DNA of 64,000 nt, taken from assembly GCA_965199265.1 (NCBI GenBank), contig CBDAQV010000001.1, forward strand, positions 86,739 through 150,738, written 5' to 3'. The notes under the pieces were generated by a model. That model was given only the letters and a program-made list of their open reading frames with translations, was not told the origin of the DNA and ran no database searches. Shown here in pieces: positions 27,844 through 37,532 of the stretch. The position numbers were made by a program, and so were the translations under genes. Positions within the stretch are counted from its first letter, which is position 1, and each line of letters opens with the position of its first letter. This DNA comes from Alphaproteobacteria bacterium (GTDB taxonomy: Bacteria > Pseudomonadota > Alphaproteobacteria > CALMVH01).

Positions 27844-29105
27844 ACGAGGGGCACAGAGTAACGACGCTTCCCAATGGCCTGCGCGTCGCGTCCGACCCGC
27901 TGCCAGGGGTCGAAACCGCCGCGATCGGCGTCTGGACCAGCTGCGGCGCGCGCAACGAGACCGCAGCGGTCAACGGCGCGGCGCACATGCTGGAACATAT
28001 GCTGTTCAAGGGCACGCACCGCCGCACCGCGCAAGGCCTCGCCGAGGAAATGGAAACCGTCGGCGCGCATATGAACGCCTACACGGGGCGCGAGAACACG
28101 GCCTACTACGTGCGCAGCCTCAAGCCCGACGTGGCGCTGGCGCTGGACGTCCTTGCCGACATATTGCAGCATTCGCGTTTTGACGAGGCCGAAATGGGGC
28201 GCGAGCGGCAGGTGATCCTGCAGGAAATCGGCCAGGCGGCCGACACGCCCGACGACGTCATCTTCGATCATTTCCATGCGGCCGCCTTTCCCGGGCAGCC
28301 GGTTGGCCGTCCCGTGCTCGGTACTTCCGAGACGGTAAGCGAAATGACCGAGGCGGCGCTGCGTGGCTATATCCATTCGCACTACGCCCCCTCGCGACTG
28401 GTGCTTGCGGCGGCGGGCGCGGTCGATCACGACTGGCTGGTGGGCGAGGCCGAGCGCCTGTTCACCGCGCTTCCCGACCAGCCCCTGCCGCCGCTCGAAG
28501 CCGCCGAGTACAAGGGCGGCGAAGTACGCGAGGAGAGCGATCTGGAGCAGGTGCATTTGCTGCTCGGCTTCGATGGCATCGGCCTGCACGATCCCGACCA
28601 TTACGCGGCGCAGGTTTTCTCGACCGCGCTGGGCGGTGGCATGTCCTCGCGCCTGTTCCAGGAGGTGCGGGAGAAGCGCGGCCTGGTCTACACGATCCAG
28701 AGCTTCGTGACCGATTTCGCCGATGGCGGGCTGTTCGGCGTCTACGCCGGCACCGGTGGCGAGCGCCTCCACGAACTGGTGCCGGTGCTGTGCGGCGAGA
28801 TGCTCAAGGCGGCGTCCGGCTTCAGCGAAGCGGAGATTTCACGCGCCAAGGCGCAGCTGCGCTCGTCCTTGCTGATGGGGCTGGAAAGCACGTTCGGCCG
28901 CGCCGAGATGCTGGCGCTCAACCTGTTGACCTACGACCGGGTCATCACCGTCCCCGAAGTGCTGAAGCGTATAGAGGAGGTGGACGGCGCGGCGCTGGTC
29001 CGCGTCGCGCGCCGCCTGCTGTCCTCCGCGCCCACCATCGCCGCGCTCGGCCCGGTGGGGAACCTTGAGTCCTACGACCGCATCGCCACGCGCTGCGCGG
29101 CTTAA
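27840..29105 (+). CDS. M16-family (pitrilysin/MPP-like) zinc peptidase
   Basis: MNEGHRVTTLPNGLRVASDP...GAAHMLEHMLFKGT carries the inverted HxxEH zinc motif. There is an ATGA overlap with the thrC stop. The long track ORF from 26667 is out of frame with thrC and is ignored. Confidence 0.85.
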   Translation: MNEGHRVTTLPNGLRVASDPLPGVETAAIGVWTSCGARNETAAVNGAAHMLEHMLFKGTHRRTAQGLAEEMETVGAHMNAYTGRENTAYYVRSLKPDVALALDVLADILQHSRFDEAEMGRERQVILQEIGQAADTPDDVIFDHFHAAAFPGQPVGRPVLGTSETVSEMTEAALRGYIHSHYAPSRLVLAAAGAVDHDWLVGEAERLFTALPDQPLPPLEAAEYKGGEVREESDLEQVHLLLGFDGIGLHDPDHYAAQVFSTALGGGMSSRLFQEVREKRGLVYTIQSFVTDFADGGLFGVYAGTGGERLHELVPVLCGEMLKAASGFSEAEISRAKAQLRSSLLMGLESTFGRAEMLALNLLTYDRVITVPEVLKRIEEVDGAALVRVARRLLSSAPTIAALGPVGNLESYDRIATRCAA

Positions 29106-29190
29106 ATTGGTAATGGTCACAGCAGGAACAAGCCAGCGTAGTTCCCGTTTCCCGCATCGTGGGACAGGAAGCGGCTTGTTTCGCGAGAGA

Positions 29191-29254
29191 TGGGGAGGTG
29201 AGGGCAGCGGCTTACCCTTTACCTCAGACCTCTCCACCGGTGGGGAAGAGGGAG
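29191..29254. repeat. Intergenic palindromic unit of the CCTCTCC..GGGAGAGG / GGTGAGGG family
   Basis: The sequence is tggggaggtgagggcagcggcttaccctttacctcagacctctccaccggtggggaagaggg. It holds two imperfect hairpins, GAGGTGAGGG/CCCTTTACCTC and CTCTCCACC/GGTGG..AGAG. Confidence 0.5.
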
Positions 29255-29285
29255 CTTACGACCTCTGGTATCCGGGCATGGCCGC

Positions 29286-29885
29286 ATGAGCAAGGGCATC
29301 CGCTACGGCTTGCCGCTTCCGGCCTCGCTGCTGCTCGAGGGGCCGCGAGTCGTACTGCGTCAGCCGATCGCCTCCGACTACAGCGAGTGGGCGGCGCTTA
29401 GGGGCGAAAGCCGAGCCTTCCTGACTCCCTGGGAGCCGCTCTGGCCGACGGACGCGATCAGCGAAGGAGGCTATAACCGCCGTATCCGCCGCGGCCATAC
29501 CGAGTGGCGCGAGGACGAAGGGTACAGCTTCCACGTCTTCACCCGCGCAGGCCTCCTGCTCGGCGGCATCGGACTCAGCCAGGTCAGGCGCGGAATCGCG
29601 CAGACGGCGGTGCTGGGGTACTGGATCGGGCAGCGCCACGCCCGGCAAGGTTACACTGGCGAGGCGACGCGGCTGGTTCTCGACCTCGCATTCCGCAAGC
29701 TTGGCCTGCACCGCGTCGAGGCCAGCTTCATCCCCGACAATATCGCCAGCCGCACTTTGCTTGAAAGGGCCGGCTTCCGGCAGGAAGGCTTTGCGCGGGC
29801 ATACCTGAAGATCGCCGGCGAGTGGGCGGATCATCTTTTGTATGCGATCCTCGAAGACGAATGGCAGGCGCTGCAGGATCGGTAG
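29286..29885 (+). CDS. GNAT-family N-acetyltransferase (RimJ/RimL-like)
   Basis: LGYWIGQRHARQGYTGEATRLVLDLAFRKLGLHRVEASFIPDNIASRTLLERAGFRQEG is the acetyl-CoA-binding core. Confidence 0.8.
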   Translation: MSKGIRYGLPLPASLLLEGPRVVLRQPIASDYSEWAALRGESRAFLTPWEPLWPTDAISEGGYNRRIRRGHTEWREDEGYSFHVFTRAGLLLGGIGLSQVRRGIAQTAVLGYWIGQRHARQGYTGEATRLVLDLAFRKLGLHRVEASFIPDNIASRTLLERAGFRQEGFARAYLKIAGEWADHLLYAILEDEWQALQDR

Positions 29886-29923
29886 GCCTTCCGCTCTTTC
29901 GCCGGACCGGCTACGATCGTCTT

Positions 29924-30667
29924 ATGCCGCATACTCCTTTTATCGGCGTGCCCGCCGACCTCGTCCGCAGGGATGACGGCGGCGTATATCACCGCGTCTA
30001 TGACAACTACCTCGACGTGATCCATCGCCTCGGCGCGCTGCCTCTCCTGATCCCGGCGGTAGGGTTGAAAACAGACCCGGCGAGGTTTCTCGACGGGCTG
30101 GACGGAATCCTGCTGCCCGGCAGCGCGTCCAACGTCGCCCCGACGCTGTATGGCCGGACCCAGGAGATGGAAACGCCGGTGGACAATCCCGAGCGCGACG
30201 CGACCACCCTGCCGCTCATCCGCGCCGCCGTCGAGACCGGCGTGCCATTGTTCGCCATCTGCCGCGGCATCCAGGAACTGAACGTCGCGCTGGGCGGCAC
30301 GCTGCACCAGCAACTGGACAGGATGCCGGACAAACATGTCCACCAGTTCACCGGCTGTTCCATAGACCAGATGTTCGCGCCGTCGCACGAGGTCTCGCTG
30401 ACTTTGGGCAGCCTGCTCTACGAATGGGTGGGCGAGCACCGGATCACCGTCAACTCGGCGCACAACCAGGCGATCGACCACGTCGCGCCGGGCCTTGTCG
30501 TCGAGGCCAAGGCGGATGACGGCACGGTCGAGGCGGTGCGGGTCGAGCATAGCCCGGGCTTTGCCTACGGCGTCCAGTGGCATCCGGAACACGCGTTCGA
30601 AATCGACCCGGTCTCGCAGGCGATCTTCTCTGCCTTCGGCGAGGCGGTCAGGGAACGCGCACGATGA
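29924..30667 (+). CDS. Gamma-glutamyl-GABA hydrolase-like class I glutamine amidotransferase (peptidase C26)
   Basis: GILLPGSASNVAP..PLFAICRGIQELNVALGGTL carries the nucleophile Cys. GVQWHPE is also present. The start is at MPHTPFIG. Confidence 0.8.
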   Translation: MPHTPFIGVPADLVRRDDGGVYHRVYDNYLDVIHRLGALPLLIPAVGLKTDPARFLDGLDGILLPGSASNVAPTLYGRTQEMETPVDNPERDATTLPLIRAAVETGVPLFAICRGIQELNVALGGTLHQQLDRMPDKHVHQFTGCSIDQMFAPSHEVSLTLGSLLYEWVGEHRITVNSAHNQAIDHVAPGLVVEAKADDGTVEAVRVEHSPGFAYGVQWHPEHAFEIDPVSQAIFSAFGEAVRERAR

Positions 30668-30701
30668 GTGACATCGCGCCGTCTCGGCTTATAACAGAGT
30701 C

Positions 30702-31373
30702 ATGGACACCATCTTTCCGCCGATCCAGCCTTTCGTGCCCGTACGCGGCACGGACGCCGTGTTTCCCGTCCGGCGTATCTTCTGCATCGGCTTCAACTAC
30801 GCCAGCCACAATCGCGAGATGGAACGCAAGGCCGACGCCAAGCCGGTGTTCTTCGCCAAGCCGGCGGATGCGGTGGTCTGGGCCGATGCGCGGCGGGGCG
30901 ACCAGGCGCCGGTCATTCCCTATCCCTTGGCCACCAAGGACTTCCATCACGAGGTCGAACTGGTCGTCGCGCTGGGCGAAGGCGCCTCGGTCTACGGCCA
31001 CGCGGTCGGGATCGACCTGACCCGCCGCGACCTGCAGCACGACGCCAAGGACAACGGCGCGCCGTGGGACATGGCGAAGGGGTTCGATCACTCCGCGCCG
31101 ATAGGCGACATCGTTCGCGTTGCCGACGCCATCCCCGCGCCCGATGCGGCGATCTGGCTGAAGCGGGACGAGCAGGAGAAACAGAACGGGCGGCTGTCCG
31201 AGATGATCACCCGCGTGCCGGACATCCTGTCCGCGCTGGCCGGTTTCGTCGAGCTGAAGGCGGGCGACCTGATCTTCACCGGCACGCCCGAGGGGGTTGG
31301 GCCTCTGCAACCGGGCAGCCATGTGCGCGCCGGTATCGCCGGGCTTGGCGAAGTGGCTTTCGCCATCGGATGA
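30702..31373 (+). CDS. Fumarylacetoacetate hydrolase (FAH) family protein
   Basis: RIFCIGFNYASH...FHHEVELVVALG...GIDLTRRDLQ...PWDMAKGFDHSAPIG...GDLIFTGTPEGVG. Confidence 0.85.
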   Translation: MDTIFPPIQPFVPVRGTDAVFPVRRIFCIGFNYASHNREMERKADAKPVFFAKPADAVVWADARRGDQAPVIPYPLATKDFHHEVELVVALGEGASVYGHAVGIDLTRRDLQHDAKDNGAPWDMAKGFDHSAPIGDIVRVADAIPAPDAAIWLKRDEQEKQNGRLSEMITRVPDILSALAGFVELKAGDLIFTGTPEGVGPLQPGSHVRAGIAGLGEVAFAIG

Positions 31374-31963
31374 TCGGTGACCTCGAACCGCTGATCCAGC
31401 TTCTTGCGCGGCTGCCGGGCCTTGGGCCCCGCTCGGCGCGGCGGGCGGTGCTTTACATGCTGCGCAAGAAGGAAGCGCTGATGCTGCCACTGGCCGAGGC
31501 CCTCGCCTCGGCGGCGCGCGCCGTTGGTCCGTGCGGCGTGTGCGGCAACCTCGACAGCCGCAACCCATGCGGCATCTGCGCCGACCCGTCGCGCAACCGC
31601 GCCAGCCTGTGCGTGGTCGAGCAGGTCGGGCACCTGTGGGCGATCCAGCGCAGCGGCGTTTACCGTGGACTTTACCATGTGCTGGGCGGCACGCTGTCGG
31701 CGCTGGACGGCGTCGGTCCCGACGACCTCGGCATCGCCCGTCTGATCGGGCGGGTCGGCGAAGGCGGTGTGAGCGAAGTCATCCTGGCACTGAACGTCAC
31801 GGTCGAGGGGCAGGCGACGGCACATTACCTGGCCGAACGGCTGAAGAGCCTTGGCGTCTCGGTCACGCGCCTCGCGCAGGGCATGCCGATCGGCGGCGAA
31901 CTGGACTACCTCGACGACGGCACCCTGACGGCCGCCTTCGCTTCGCGCCGTCCCGCGGCGTAG
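31370..31963 (+). CDS. recR: Recombination protein RecR
   Basis: LIQLLARLPGLGPRSARR is the HhH. CGVCGNLDSRNPCGIC is the zinc finger. The Toprim region LCVVEQVGHLWAIQRSG follows. There is an ATGA overlap with the FAH stop. Confidence 0.9.
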   Translation: MIGDLEPLIQLLARLPGLGPRSARRAVLYMLRKKEALMLPLAEALASAARAVGPCGVCGNLDSRNPCGICADPSRNRASLCVVEQVGHLWAIQRSGVYRGLYHVLGGTLSALDGVGPDDLGIARLIGRVGEGGVSEVILALNVTVEGQATAHYLAERLKSLGVSVTRLAQGMPIGGELDYLDDGTLTAAFASRRPAA

Positions 31964-31984
31964 CCGCAGGTCGGGCCGGTTCCT

Positions 31985-32048
31985 CCACGCACCCTCACCC
32001 GCCCGGCTGCGCCGGTCGACCTCTCCCGTTCAGGTAGAGGTGAACGGG
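31985..32048. repeat. Palindromic unit downstream of recR with interleaved complementary segments
   Basis: Contains caccctcaccc. ACCTCT(32018-23)/AGAGGT and CCCGTTCA/TGAACGGG are arranged 1-2-1'-2'. Confidence 0.4.
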
Positions 32049-32129
32049 TCTGTTCCCGCCTCCAGCCGATAGCATTACACTGGTATAGTTCTTGCACGGC
32101 CTGTTCCGGTTAAACGGAAGGGCGAATCC

Positions 32130-32396
32130 ATGTCCCATCACGGCATAAACCTGCTTCCGGGCCTGATCCCGGTCGACAGGCTGGCGAAGCTCGGCAAGAA
32201 GCGCCGCCTGCGCAGGGCGGTCCGCGCCGGCGAAGCGCAGGACATCGACGAGGTCTCCGAGTTCTTCCTGGTCGACGACGGCGAGGAAGAGCTCTACCTT
32301 GACTCCGCCCCCGAAACAGACACGGTCCGCCAGGCGCTTGGCTGGTGCAGTTCGGGCACCATGCAGACGCTGCTCAAGGTGCAGGAAGATCGCTAG
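32130..32396 (+). CDS. Hypothetical small acidic protein
   Basis: An 88-aa ORF with a ggaaggg purine tract before the ATG and non-arginine-biased composition. It overlaps the convergent methyltransferase end by 23 nt. No motif was recognised. Confidence 0.35.
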   Translation: MSHHGINLLPGLIPVDRLAKLGKKRRLRRAVRAGEAQDIDEVSEFFLVDDGEEELYLDSAPETDTVRQALGWCSSGTMQTLLKVQEDR

Positions 32397-33207
32397 AGTC
32401 GGTTAACTCGAACAGCCGCATCGCCAGCGGAAACTGTTCCCGCAGCGTATCCAGCTGCCGCCGGGCCAGTCCGTTGCCGCGCTGGATGCGGGTGGCGAGG
32501 ATCAGCTCGTTCTTCATTGAATGCTCCCAGCCCGTCAGCTCGGTCACGCGCACCTTGTAGCCGTGCGCCTCGAGGAACAGCGCGCGCACGACGTTGGTCA
32601 GGTGGGAGCCGAACTCGCGCCGGTGGATGCCATGCCGCCACAGCGGGTGCAGGTCCTCGTGACTTGAGGTCGCTTCCAGCAGCCTTGCTACCTCCGCCTG
32701 GCAGCAGGGAACCAGCGCGATCACCTTGGCTTCGCGGCGCAGCGCGAAGGCAATCGCCTCGTCGGTCGCCGTATCGCAGGCGTGCAGGGCGGTGACGGCG
32801 TCGATCGTCTCAGGCAAGTCGGGCGAAGCTATGGCGGCCTCGACAGACGCTGTCAGGAAGGTAATCCGGTCGAAGCCCGAGTCTTCTGCAATGCGGCGGC
32901 AGACGTCGGTCAGTTCGGGTCGTTGCTCGACGGCGTAGAGACGCGTTTCGGGCCGGGTCCGCAGCCACAGATCGTACAACATGAATCCCAGGTACGATTT
33001 GCCCGCGCCGAGGTCGGCGACGGTGGACAGCCTCTCCAGATGCGGCGTGATCAGCTGCACAAGATGCTGCACCTGCTTCAGCTTGCGCCGGGAATCCTGG
33101 TTCAGCCTGCCGTCGCGAGTCAGGACGTGCAGGGATTTGAGCAGCGGGATTGATTGGCCGGGCCAGAGATCGGCGAGTTCAACCGCGTGTTTCACGCCGA
33201 CGACCAT
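32374..33207 (-). CDS. Class I SAM-dependent methyltransferase
   Basis: VADLGAGKSYLGFML is motif I. ALHACDTATDEAI and VPCCQ follow. Confidence 0.75.
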   Translation of the reverse strand: MVVGVKHAVELADLWPGQSIPLLKSLHVLTRDGRLNQDSRRKLKQVQHLVQLITPHLERLSTVADLGAGKSYLGFMLYDLWLRTRPETRLYAVEQRPELTDVCRRIAEDSGFDRITFLTASVEAAIASPDLPETIDAVTALHACDTATDEAIAFALRREAKVIALVPCCQAEVARLLEATSSHEDLHPLWRHGIHRREFGSHLTNVVRALFLEAHGYKVRVTELTGWEHSMKNELILATRIQRGNGLARRQLDTLREQFPLAMRLFELTDSSDLPAP

Positions 33208-33214
33208 GAATTTA

Positions 33215-33329
33215 CCCCCTCTCCCAGTGGGAGAGGAAGGGCCCCGCTCCGCAGGAACGAGAAGGCGAAGCGCTTTGCCCTGCTGTGCAGGAAGCCCCTC
33301 ACCCTAGCCTCTCCCGTCGGGAGAGGGGG
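33215..33329. repeat. Pair of palindromic units (CCTCTCCCA-g-TGGGAGAGG and CCTCTCCC-gtc-GGGAGAGG) flanking a roughly 70-bp core
   Basis: The perfect 9-bp hairpin is at 33218-33236 and the perfect 8-bp hairpin at 33308-33326. cccctcaccc is also present. Same family as the elements at 29191, 31985 and 59413. Confidence 0.6.
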
Positions 33330-33349
33330 ATAATGGAAAGCCCCATGAC

Positions 33350-33634
33350 CTAGCGGGCTGCGCGCTTGTTGTACTCGGCCAGGAAATCGTCGTTGTAGAA
33401 GGTAATGGTCTTCGTGCCTTCCGCCTGCGCCGCCTCGGCTTCCTTCGACAGGCAGGCAACGTAACCGTTCATGCCGGCGGAATATTTCTGCATGGCGGCA
33501 TCCAGACGCTGCACCGCCTCGGGCGCCACTGTCTTAGGGTCGGGAAAGCGCGGCTTTTCCGGCCGTGTGCAACCAGCGGCGTGGGCGAGGGTCGTGGCGA
33601 TCATCAGAATGGCGCAGAGCAGGCAAAAGCGCAT
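33350..33634 (-). CDS. Small secreted hypothetical protein
   Basis: [22 protein letters not shown] is a signal or lipoprotein-like N-terminus. The remainder is helical and K/E/A-rich. Confidence 0.6.
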   Translation of the reverse strand: MRFCLLCAILMIATTLAHAAGCTRPEKPRFPDPKTVAPEAVQRLDAAMQKYSAGMNGYVACLSKEAEAAQAEGTKTITFYNDDFLAEYNKRAAR

Positions 33635-33648
33635 CGATCAAATCCTCG

Positions 33649-35237
33649 TCAGTGCCGGAAATGGCGCATGCCGGTGAACACCATCGCAAGGCCTCGCGCG
33701 TCGGCGGCCTCGATCACCTCGGCGTCGCGGATCGAGCCGCCCGGCTGGATGATCGCGGTCGCGCCGGCTTGGGCGGCGGCGACCAGGCCGTCGGCGAAGG
33801 GGAAGAACGCGTCGGAGGCGACGACCGAACCCAAGGTCAGCGACGGCGCGTCCGTCCCGCCCTGCGCCTCTGCAGCCTCCGTCGACTTCCACGCGGCGAT
33901 GCGGGTCGAATCCACCCGGCTCATCTGCCCCGCGCCGATGCCCACGGTCGCGCCGTCCTTGGCGTAGACGATGGCGTTCGACTTGACATGCTTGCAGACG
34001 CGGAACGCGAACAGCAGGTCCTGCAGCTCCTGTCTCGTCGGGGCACGTTTGGTCACCACCTTGAGGTTTTCCGCTGTCACCTGACCGAGGTCGCGGTCCT
34101 GCACCAGGAAGCCTCCGGCCAGCGAACGGACGATCAGGGCATGTTCCTCGGACGCCTGCGGCAGCTCGCCGATGCTCAGTACGCGCAGCTTGTCGCGCTT
34201 CTTCAGGATTTCCAGCGCTTCCTCGTCGATGCTGGGCGCCACCACCAGTTCGGTGAACAGCTTGGTGATCTCGCGCGCGGTCGCCGCGTCCAGCGGCACG
34301 TTGCTGGCGATCACGCCGCCAAAGGCGCTGACCGGGTCGCAGGCCAGCGCGTGCGTGTACGCGGTCCTGAGGTCGCTGGCCTCCGCGACGCCGCATGGGT
34401 TGGCGTGCTTGATGATGGCAATCGCCGGGCCGTCGAACTCGGGCCACAAGCTCGATCGCCGCGTCGGCGTCGTTCAGATTGTTGAACGACAGCGGCTTGC
34501 CGCCGTGCTGCGTCGCGCGCGCGACGCCGGCCCGGTTCGAGCTGTCTATGTAAAAGGCCGCCTTCTGGTGCGGGTTCTCACCGTAGACGAGGTCCTGGTA
34601 CTTCGTGCCGGCGATGGTGATCTTTTCGGGAAGGGGCGTGCCGACCTGCTTGGCGAACCAGCCGGCGACGCCTGAATCGTAGAAAGCGGTGTGCGCGAAA
34701 GCCTCGGCGGCCAGGTTCCTGCGCAGCTCAAAGGCTTATGCCGCCATTCGCCAACGCTTCGACGATGCGGCCGTAATCCTTAGGTTCGGTCACGACGGCG
34801 ACGAACTCGTGATTTTTCGCCGCCGAGCGGATCATCGCCGGGCCGCCGATGTCGATGTTCTCGATCACGACGCCGGCTGGCTCGCCGCGCGCCACGGTCT
34901 GCGCGAACGGGTACAGGTTCACGGCCACCAGGTCGATCGGGGCGATGCCGTGCTCCGCCATCGAGTCGCTATGTCCCTGGTCGTCGCGCCGGGCCAGGAT
35001 GCCGCCGTGCACGGTCGGGTGCAGGGTCTTGACCCGCCCATCCATCATCTCGGGAAAATGGGTAAGGTCGGAAACCTCGACGACTTTCAGTCCCGCTGCG
35101 GTGAGCGCCTTGGCAGTGCCGCCCGTCGAAACAAGCTCGACGCCGTGCGCGGCAAGGTCCCGTGCGAACTCCACAAGCCCTGTCTTGTCGGAAACGGACA
35201 GCAGCGCGCGGACGGGTTTGATGAGGTCGGTGGTCAT
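33649..35237 (-). pseudogene. purH: Bifunctional AICAR transformylase / IMP cyclohydrolase, readable only across two +1 frame shifts
   Basis: The N-terminal part is [34 protein letters not shown]. The middle part is LRRNLAAEAFAHTAFYDSGVAGWF..YGENPHQKAAFY. The C-terminal part is [19 protein letters not shown]...GMRHFRH. The three frames switch at AAA 34730-34732 and GGG 34441-34443 (plus-strand coordinates). 1589 nt minus 2 gives 529 codons. Confidence 0.85.
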
Positions 35238-35370
35238 GACAATGGGCCAAGGTGGTTGAGGCCCTGTACCTAGGCGCAATGCGCCTGCGCTTCAACAGGT
35301 AGCGCAAACGCTTGCGAGCCGAAGATGCATTGCGGGTTGCCCGCGAGCCGGCGTTGGTCTAGGCGGGTGC

Positions 35371-36291
35371 ATGGGATATTTCGTCCAGCAACTGATCAAC
35401 GGGCTCACGCTCGGGTCGATCTACGGGCTGATCGCGATCGGCTACACCATGGTGTACGGCATCGTGAAACTCATAAACTTCGCGCATGGCGAGATTTACA
35501 TGATCGGCGCGTTTTCCAGCCTGATTGGGTTCCTGCTGCTCGGCTCGTTCGGCGGATATCCGCTGGTCGCGGGTATCCTGGCCGTGCTGCTGTTCAGCGT
35601 GGTTATCACTGCGGCCTACGGGCTGGCGCTCGAGCGCATCGCCTACCGGCGCTTGCGCCGCTCGACGCGGCTTGCGCCCCTGATCTCGGCCATCGGTGCC
35701 TCGATTTTCCTCCAGAATTATGTCCAGCTGCTTCAGGGCGCTCGGGTCAAGACGCTGCCACCGCTGATGAGCGGGTCGTTCAGCCTCGGCCGCGATGCGT
35801 CCGGCTTCGCCGTTACGGTCAGCAACCTGCAGCTGCTCGTGATTTGCCTTACCACTGTGCTGATGGCGGCGTTCACCCTCGTGATCGCGCGCACCCCGCT
35901 TGGCCGAGCGCAACGCGCGACGGCGCAGGACCGCAGGATGACCGCCCTGCTCGGCATCGACGTAGACCGTACGGTCGCCATCACTTTCGTCATAGGGGCC
36001 CTGCTGGCGGCGGTCGCCGGCCTGATGGCGACGCTGCTCTACGGCGTAATCGACTTCCAGCTAGGGTTCCTTGCCGGCATAAAGGCGTTCACCGCCGCCG
36101 TGCTGGGCGGTATCGGTTCGCTGCCCGGCGCGATGCTGGGCGGGTTGCTGCTCGGCCTCATAGAAGCGCTTTGGTCGGCTTCCAGCCTGCCGGGGCAGTA
36201 TCGCGACGTCGCTTCCTTCGCCCTCCTGATCCTGGTTCTGGTCGTGCGGCCTTCGGGCCTGTTCGGCAAGCCGGAAATCCGGAAAGTGTGA
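35371..36291 (+). CDS. livH: Branched-chain amino acid ABC transporter permease
   Basis: MGYFVQQLINGLTLGSIYGLIAIGYTMVYGIVKLINFAHGEIYMIGAF. Confidence 0.9.
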   Translation: MGYFVQQLINGLTLGSIYGLIAIGYTMVYGIVKLINFAHGEIYMIGAFSSLIGFLLLGSFGGYPLVAGILAVLLFSVVITAAYGLALERIAYRRLRRSTRLAPLISAIGASIFLQNYVQLLQGARVKTLPPLMSGSFSLGRDASGFAVTVSNLQLLVICLTTVLMAAFTLVIARTPLGRAQRATAQDRRMTALLGIDVDRTVAITFVIGALLAAVAGLMATLLYGVIDFQLGFLAGIKAFTAAVLGGIGSLPGAMLGGLLLGLIEALWSASSLPGQYRDVASFALLILVLVVRPSGLFGKPEIRKV

Positions 36292-37532
36292 TGAAGGCGC
36301 TGCGGGATACCGCCTTGACCGCTCTGGTCTCGGCCCTGCTGTTCGTGCCGCTGGCTGGAATGCGGATCGACGAGCAGGCGTCTCCGCCCGTGCTGGTTTA
36401 TCATTGGGGACGCGCGGCGCTTCTGATCGCACTCGCGATCCTTGGGCAAATGCTGCTGACGTTCGGACCGGCCCGGCGGCGCTGGAAAACCTTGTCGGTT
36501 CCCCGGATCGCCGGGCGCCTTCGCCCGAATGGCCCAAGCCGCAGAATGGGCGCGGTTCTCGTCCTGCTGATCTCATTCGGCTTTCTTCTCCTGCCGTTCG
36601 CCGGGCGGCAGGCGGTGGACCTCGTCACGCTAATTCTCGTCTACGCGATGCTAGGGGCGGGGCTGAACATCGTGGTTGGCTTCACCGGCCTGCTCGACCT
36701 CGGCTTCATCGGTTTCTTTGCCGTCGGCGCGTACTGCTACGCGCTGCTGAGCACCGGTTACAATGTAAGCTTCTGGCAGTGTTTGCCGCTCGCGGCGCTT
36801 CTGCCCGCCGCGATCAGCCTGCTGCTCGGTTTTGCCGTGCTGCGCCTGCGCGGCGATTACTTCGCCATCGTCACGCTGGGCTTCGGGCAGATCGTGTACA
36901 CGCTGCTGGTCAACGGGCAGAGCCTGACGCATGGCAGCCAGGGCATCAGCGAGATCCCGCACCCGACCCTTTTCGGGTTCGCCACGTTCGCGCGAGCGCC
37001 CGAACACGGCCTGCCGACTGTTTCAGGCCTGCTCGGGATCGCGTACAGTCCCGTGCAGCGGGTGATCTTTCTTTACTACCTTATCCTTGGCCTTGCCTTG
37101 CTCGCGAACCTGCTTTCGGCGCGGCTGCGCCGGCTGCCTCTCGGCCGGGCGTGGGAAGCGGTGCGCGAGGACGAGGTCGCGGCCGCCGCCATCGGCATCT
37201 CGCGCGGGCGGGTCAAGATGGCTGCCTATGCGCTCAGCGCTGGCATCGCCGGGGTCGCGGGCGCGTTCTTCGCCGCGCGGCAGGGCTTCATCTCGCCCGA
37301 AAGCTTCACCTTCATGGACTCGGCCATCGTGTTGGCTATCGTCGTGTTGGGCGGCATGGGCAGCCAGTTCGGGGTGATCGTCGCCGCCTTCCTGCTGATC
37401 GGCACGCCAGAGGTGATCCGCGGGATGGCCGATTACCGCATGCTGATCTTCGGCGCCGCGATGGTACTCCTGATGCTGGTGCGGCCCAAGGGCCTGATCG
37501 CGACGCGCCGTCCATCGGTGACTCTGAAATGA
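36291..37532 (+). CDS. livM: Branched-chain amino acid ABC transporter permease
   Basis: YAMLGAGLNIVVGFTGLLDLGFIGFFAVGAY and AWEAVREDEVAAAAIGI. The ATG overlaps the livH TGA (gtgATGa). Confidence 0.9.
   Translation: MKALRDTALTALVSALLFVPLAGMRIDEQASPPVLVYHWGRAALLIALAILGQMLLTFGPARRRWKTLSVPRIAGRLRPNGPSRRMGAVLVLLISFGFLLLPFAGRQAVDLVTLILVYAMLGAGLNIVVGFTGLLDLGFIGFFAVGAYCYALLSTGYNVSFWQCLPLAALLPAAISLLLGFAVLRLRGDYFAIVTLGFGQIVYTLLVNGQSLTHGSQGISEIPHPTLFGFATFARAPEHGLPTVSGLLGIAYSPVQRVIFLYYLILGLALLANLLSARLRRLPLGRAWEAVREDEVAAAAIGISRGRVKMAAYALSAGIAGVAGAFFAARQGFISPESFTFMDSAIVLAIVVLGGMGSQFGVIVAAFLLIGTPEVIRGMADYRMLIFGAAMVLLMLVRPKGLIATRRPSVTLK

Noticed and set aside
35238-35370. ZTP (pfl) riboswitch upstream of purH
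   Set aside because: The 133-nt purH-livH divergent spacer lacks the GGGUCGUGAC...CCGCCUGGGC consensus blocks. Only a chance ccgcctag was seen.
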